A DNA stretch of 64,000 nt from NCBI GenBank assembly GCA_049523555.1, contig JBEKMU010000001.1:226-64225 (forward strand), in the 5' to 3' direction. Position 1 is the stretch's first letter. Each line of letters starts with the position of its first letter. The DNA is from Verrucomicrobiota bacterium (GTDB lineage: Bacteria; Verrucomicrobiota; Verrucomicrobiia; Limisphaerales; UBA11358). Shown here in pieces: positions 59,690 through 64,000 of the stretch. The translations under genes were made by a program, and so were the position numbers. Below the pieces are notes generated by a model. That model was not told where the DNA came from. It did no database searches and was given only the letters and a program-made list of their open reading frames with translations.

Positions 59690-60724
59690 ATGAGCACCGA
59701 AGATAACATTCTGCTGATTCGCCTTAAATCCATCGGCGACATTTTGTTCACATTGCCCGCCGTCCACGTTGTCCGCGAAAATTTTCCCGGCGCCAGACTT
59801 CACTTCCTCGTCTCGCAGGAAAACGCGCCGCTCCTGCGCGGCTTTTCAGAAATTGATGCCGTCATCCCGCTCGACCGCGCGGTTTATTTCTCGAAGAACC
59901 CGAAGGCCATCTGCGGCAGCACGTTTCAGTTACTGCGACGGTTGCGGCAGCAGCATTTTTCCCGTGCGATTGATCTTCAAGGCTACGGCGAGACGGAGCT
60001 TTTAGCGTGGTGGAGCGGTGCGCCCACGCGCTGGGGGTGCGTCTATAACCGGTCACGCGGCTGGCTTTACACGCGCGGCGTCCGGCGCAATGAAAAAATC
60101 CATCCGGCGGACTGGAACCTGTCGCTACTGGAGCAATGTGGTCTGCATCCGGGCAAAATTGTCAACGAATTCGTTTTGCCGGAAGACGCGCTGAACGAAG
60201 CGCGCCGGTTTTTTGCGGCTCATAACTTGAAAACCGACAAGCCCACGCTTTTCATCCAGCCGTTCACCAGTTCGCCGCAGAAAAACTGGCCGTTGGAGAA
60301 TTTTCTGGAGTTGGCGCAGCATTGGCAGCAACACGGATTGCAGGTTCTGTTCGGCGGCGGACCGGCAGACTGGTCGGCATTGGAACCGGTTCGTCAGGCA
60401 GGCTTCCCGATTTCCGCAGGCGTGCCGCTCTTGGTCACCGGTGGACTGACCAGACTGTCCACATTGGCGCTTGGCGGCGACACCGGCGTGTTGCATCTGG
60501 CGGTGGCTTTGGGCAAAAGGGTGGTAATGATCATGGAATCCGCCGCGCCAAGTCGGCCGCATCCTTACCAACATGCAGATTGGGCGCTCGTGCCGCCCAA
60601 TGACCGCATCATTTCCAATGTGAAGACCGCCACGGTTCTTCAAGCTTGTGTCCGGGCGTTTAATGAAGCCGGTCTGCCTTTGGCGCTCTGGTCTGACAAA
60701 TCCATTGCCAAAGGCGCCCGATGA
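59690..60724 (+). CDS. Glycosyltransferase family 9 (heptosyltransferase-like)
   Basis: ATG at 59690, 2 nt after the previous stop. ILLIRLKSIGDILFTLPAV...LALGGDTGVLHLAVALGKRVVMI. Confidence 0.8.
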   Translation: MSTEDNILLIRLKSIGDILFTLPAVHVVRENFPGARLHFLVSQENAPLLRGFSEIDAVIPLDRAVYFSKNPKAICGSTFQLLRRLRQQHFSRAIDLQGYGETELLAWWSGAPTRWGCVYNRSRGWLYTRGVRRNEKIHPADWNLSLLEQCGLHPGKIVNEFVLPEDALNEARRFFAAHNLKTDKPTLFIQPFTSSPQKNWPLENFLELAQHWQQHGLQVLFGGGPADWSALEPVRQAGFPISAGVPLLVTGGLTRLSTLALGGDTGVLHLAVALGKRVVMIMESAAPSRPHPYQHADWALVPPNDRIISNVKTATVLQACVRAFNEAGLPLALWSDKSIAKGAR

Positions 60725-60875
60725 TCAAAATCAGGCTTAAAGTGAGTTCCGCTGATAAATCTGATCTGGCCAAGAAAATCCGCCGTTACAGTCGTCAAGC
60801 TAACCCGTTAAGTGGACCTACAAAAGCGCCAGAAACCGTAGGTGCCCTGAGTCAGATTCAAATGTTACAGCGCAC

Positions 60876-61721
60876 TTAGCCCGAATGCAGCAAATAATCC
60901 AAAGTGCAACCAGGCACCGAATCCTTGTCACATCTCCAGTTCAATTTATAGAGTGGATCTTTCCTGCCATCAATGATGGTTTTTATCTCGGCTGATGCCG
61001 GTTTCAGCAAACCTGCAATCTGAAGCCGGTGCGGAATATCGGCACTGATTTTCGGAGTCTGGCGCCAGATTTTGCCGCTGCGCTTATCCGTAGTGACCAC
61101 CCGGTAAAAAATATAATGAAACCAATGATAGGGATGGAGCCTGAATATCTTTGCAGTGAGCGGATGAACCCAAAGACCAGCCAGGCGCGCGTTACGATTG
61201 AGGATCTTACCCATCCACTTGATGATTTTCCGGCCCAAGGGTTTATTCTGATGCGGAAAAAGATTTCGGCTCCAGTACGAGTTGACCTCCTGATAATAGG
61301 CGTCTGTCAGATGGCAGTTTTTGCCGGAAGCCAGGAACCAGCTGGATATTAATCTGTCTTGGCCCGGTTTTTCGAAGGCGAAAAAACCGGAGGTCAGGTG
61401 ATTCCCGATCCATTCATCCAAAGGCCGGCAACAAAAGCACGTTGAATCCACCCACACTCCGCCGAACTTTGCCAGCAAATTGATCCTGACGATGTTCGAC
61501 AACGCCTGCATCGAAATGGTTTGCCGGTTAGGCTTGCTGATGTCGTCAAGGTTGACATGGTCTTTGATATTTTTCTCATCCAACAAAACAATTTTCCACT
61601 CCGGGTTATGGCGTTGCCAGGAAAGCAGACACTTCTTGACCAAACCCGGGGCCACATCAAATCTCTGCAGCCACATGATCCAGATGATTTTTGGAATTTC
61701 CGCGCTTAAATCACGGCTCAT
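60876..61721 (-). CDS. Capsular-polysaccharide-synthesis/DXD-type sugar transferase-like protein
   Basis: IPKIIWIMWLQ...WQRHNPEWKIVLLDEKNI...ALSNIVRINLLAKFGGVWVDSTCF resembles the Caps_synth / Gly_transf_sug families. Visibly AT-richer than the flanking GT genes. Confidence 0.55.
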   Translation of the reverse strand: MSRDLSAEIPKIIWIMWLQRFDVAPGLVKKCLLSWQRHNPEWKIVLLDEKNIKDHVNLDDISKPNRQTISMQALSNIVRINLLAKFGGVWVDSTCFCCRPLDEWIGNHLTSGFFAFEKPGQDRLISSWFLASGKNCHLTDAYYQEVNSYWSRNLFPHQNKPLGRKIIKWMGKILNRNARLAGLWVHPLTAKIFRLHPYHWFHYIFYRVVTTDKRSGKIWRQTPKISADIPHRLQIAGLLKPASAEIKTIIDGRKDPLYKLNWRCDKDSVPGCTLDYLLHSG

Positions 61722-61902
61722 AATTTTTTAGGCTGTCGCAGGTCAGTTTAAGCCGCCCTAATGAACAAGAGCGGCCTACGCCGCATTCGTCCAAGTAAAA
61801 CATAAATGGCGGACAATTATTAATTTCCCACTCCTGCAAGTACAGGAGAAACAGAGAAACCGGGAACACGAACGAGTTGAAACATCCCGCCACCGGTGCA
61901 GA

Positions 61903-62889
61903 CTACTCGCCATACTGGGCAATTTTATCTGTCGCGTTTGGAAAGCGTTTACGAAATGATCTTTGCCAGCGCTGCCAGGTGCGTTTCAAATATGGCCACC
62001 TCAACGCAGGTTCGTCCAAACCGCTTTGGAAAAAAGAAGCATAGGCATGAAAATCCCTGGATAGCCTGTTTACCGTCTCGTTAAAACGGTCATCGTGCGC
62101 AGTTGTCCGAGAGCTGGCTTCGACTAGGATTTGGCAAAGTTCCTGCACCGGATTTGGCAAGCTTTGCAGATGAGTGAGTGCGGACTGGTTGTGACATAAA
62201 TTGGGCCGGATGAAAGAATTCATGGCTTCCCGTAGCCGTTGTTCATCCGCCGGCCAGTTGAGGCCAAGGACAGCCGTACACCGGCGCAGTTCCGGTTCCC
62301 AAGACGCAAGGAACCTGTCGTAGTTTAGAAAAGCAGTGGGAAGGCCAGCGGTATCTTTGAGCGCAGCGATGCAGTAGTTGAACCAGACGCCCAATGCTTT
62401 GCTGAAAGGAATCGGATCTCTCGTGATCAATGAGTTTGTCACATTGATTGGGTTTCTCACCACAAATACACACAGTAACTTCGTTTCCAATTCCTCCAAC
62501 ACGTCGCGCCACACTGGCAGCAAAAGGCAAGTCCTTGGATCTTTCCAGGCCCACAGAGAGTGGTTGGCGAAGTTGGTCACAACCAGTCTTCTGAGTTCGT
62601 CCCTGAAAGGACGAACTGCCTCGGAACGGTGCCACTGATCCGGCAATGGTGCTGCTGCATCCCAAGTCTGGTTCAGTCGCGCTAGAAGACGCTCTTGAAG
62701 AGCGCAAATTTCAGAATGCTCCCAAAACCCTTCACGATTGTCCGCCCCGCGCCCCTTCACCTTCGCGTCCTCCCCCAGATAAACTCCTAATAAGTTTATC
62801 GCGCGGGTGATACTGGAGGTTCCGCTCCGGTGCATCCCTAGGATGCAGACAGCCGTGGATTTGTAGGCAATATGTTTCACAACAATCAT
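61903..62889 (-). CDS. Sulfotransferase-family protein
   Basis: N-terminal ILGMHRSGTSSITRAINLLG is the PAPS 5'-phosphosulfate-binding loop typical of bacterial sulfotransferases. AT-richer segment. Confidence 0.65.
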   Translation of the reverse strand: MIVVKHIAYKSTAVCILGMHRSGTSSITRAINLLGVYLGEDAKVKGRGADNREGFWEHSEICALQERLLARLNQTWDAAAPLPDQWHRSEAVRPFRDELRRLVVTNFANHSLWAWKDPRTCLLLPVWRDVLEELETKLLCVFVVRNPINVTNSLITRDPIPFSKALGVWFNYCIAALKDTAGLPTAFLNYDRFLASWEPELRRCTAVLGLNWPADEQRLREAMNSFIRPNLCHNQSALTHLQSLPNPVQELCQILVEASSRTTAHDDRFNETVNRLSRDFHAYASFFQSGLDEPALRWPYLKRTWQRWQRSFRKRFPNATDKIAQYGE

Positions 62890-63034
62890 TCACTGTTGCC
62901 CTTACTATCGCATCAGGCAAAGCCGCTTCTGCGACAAGAGATGGTCAAGCACAGACGCGAACCGATCATCGCAGACTGGCATACCTGCCGTTGGGAGGCA
63001 AGTCCGCCGCTCAAGGGCAGATACTACAACAATG

Positions 63035-63910
63035 TCAGCGTACGAGCCGGTAATGTTTCTTGTTGAACTGGAAGCCGAACCACCGTTCCAGCTTCAACAT
63101 CAGGCGATGTTTTTTTTCGCGCGCACTTGATTTGTAATCCGGGTCGGCGCGGAAAATCCCCTCGGCTTGGGGCAACCAACCCTGCACGACTTTGGGATGC
63201 GTGCCGGTGAACAAATTCAGCGTGGCGGGGTCAATTTGCGTGTAATCCGCCGCTGGTAACGGTTTGTCGTCCCAGAATTTATGCGTCGCGGAAGTTTTGA
63301 GGTTCATTTGCGTTTCACTACGCACCCAGCCGTAATGATGAATCGTTGTGCCTGTGTGCACGGCGCGCGGATAGCGGGATTTTTTGTGTCCGACCACCAC
63401 GATGAAAAACAGCGCCTCGGACGACCACGCCGGAATCGTGTTGCGGATGATGCGGACTTCGGAACGATACCAGCCTGGCGACCAGACATAGGTGTTGACG
63501 TTGCCGTAGAAATGCAGGTAATCGAACGCCAACGCCTCAACGCGTTCGTCGTTCAGATGTTTTTCCATCGCCGCGCGGATTTTCGGCAGATCGTTTTCGT
63601 GAACCACTTCGTCGGCTTCCAGATAAAACGCCCAGTCGCCGGTGCAGTTGAAGAGTGCGATGGATTTCTGCTGGCCATAGACAAATCCCCTGACACTGTA
63701 ATCCGGCCGGATGTGCTCGTTCCATTGCGTCGAAAGGATGCGGATTTTGGGGTCGCCGATTTCGCGCAATAGTTTTTCTGTGTCGTCGTCGCACGGGCCA
63801 AGCGCGACAACGAATTCATCCACGATGGGCAAAATGGAGCGGATGGACGCGACAAACGGATACCCGAGCTTCTGTCCGTTGCGCAAAAAGGTGAACCCGC
63901 TGACTTTCAT
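63035..63910 (-). CDS. Glycosyltransferase family 2-like
   Basis: MKVSGFTFLRNGQKLGYPFVASIRSILPIVDEFVVALGPCDDDTEKLL... matches a common GT2 subfamily found in LPS/EPS loci. DxD-like LEADE. Confidence 0.65.
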   Translation of the reverse strand: MKVSGFTFLRNGQKLGYPFVASIRSILPIVDEFVVALGPCDDDTEKLLREIGDPKIRILSTQWNEHIRPDYSVRGFVYGQQKSIALFNCTGDWAFYLEADEVVHENDLPKIRAAMEKHLNDERVEALAFDYLHFYGNVNTYVWSPGWYRSEVRIIRNTIPAWSSEALFFIVVVGHKKSRYPRAVHTGTTIHHYGWVRSETQMNLKTSATHKFWDDKPLPAADYTQIDPATLNLFTGTHPKVVQGWLPQAEGIFRADPDYKSSAREKKHRLMLKLERWFGFQFNKKHYRLVR

Positions 63911-64000
63911 GCGCGAAGGTTAAACTCAATCTTCCCACGGCAAAAGCTGTTTTGCCACAAAACCCGGTTGCGTCCCCGGCGCGGGCTCGTTCGCTTCCCC

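Overview
High-GC bacterial chromosome segment; the gene content and repeat style suggest a PVC/Verrucomicrobiota-like organism, but that is inference only. Core and housekeeping content: a MacAB-type efflux module, tsaC/Sua5, a histidine kinase/NtrC-type regulator/GT-C glycosyltransferase operon, tRNA-Leu(TAG), korAB (2-oxoglutarate:ferredoxin oxidoreductase), thrS, dnaE, and a long envelope-glycan cluster at 47.4-63.9 kb (aminotransferase, MsbA-like exporter, GT9/GT2/GT4/GT11-like transferases, sulfotransferase). An ECF sigma/anti-sigma pair heads a block with two tandem giant secreted paralogs and a CsgG/LpoB-like protein. The most unusual signal is structural. The 3' end of thrS occurs five times in direct orientation between 28.0 and 40.9 kb, cutting the thrS-dnaE interval into four cassette-like segments. 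These carry an RCC1-repeat protein, a small membrane protein, an NDP-sugar kinase/pyrophosphorylase module, and an AT-rich pair plus a B12-radical SAM gene. The same arrangement, an insert bracketed by direct repeats that copy the end of a flanking gene, recurs at the dnaE 5' end (44.6/47.3 kb) and at a GT11-like gene 3' end (53.7/56.6 kb). No integrase or transposase is visible in the window. dnaE also carries two in-frame 75-nt palindromic elements, reminiscent of Rickettsia RPEs. thrS has an AT-rich in-frame insertion of about 100 codons that ends where the duplication starts. Short tandem 7-8-mer arrays lie in the leaders of thrS, dnaE and a zinc-ribbon gene, and inside tsaC. All calls come from reading the sequence and the ORF translations; no searches were run.
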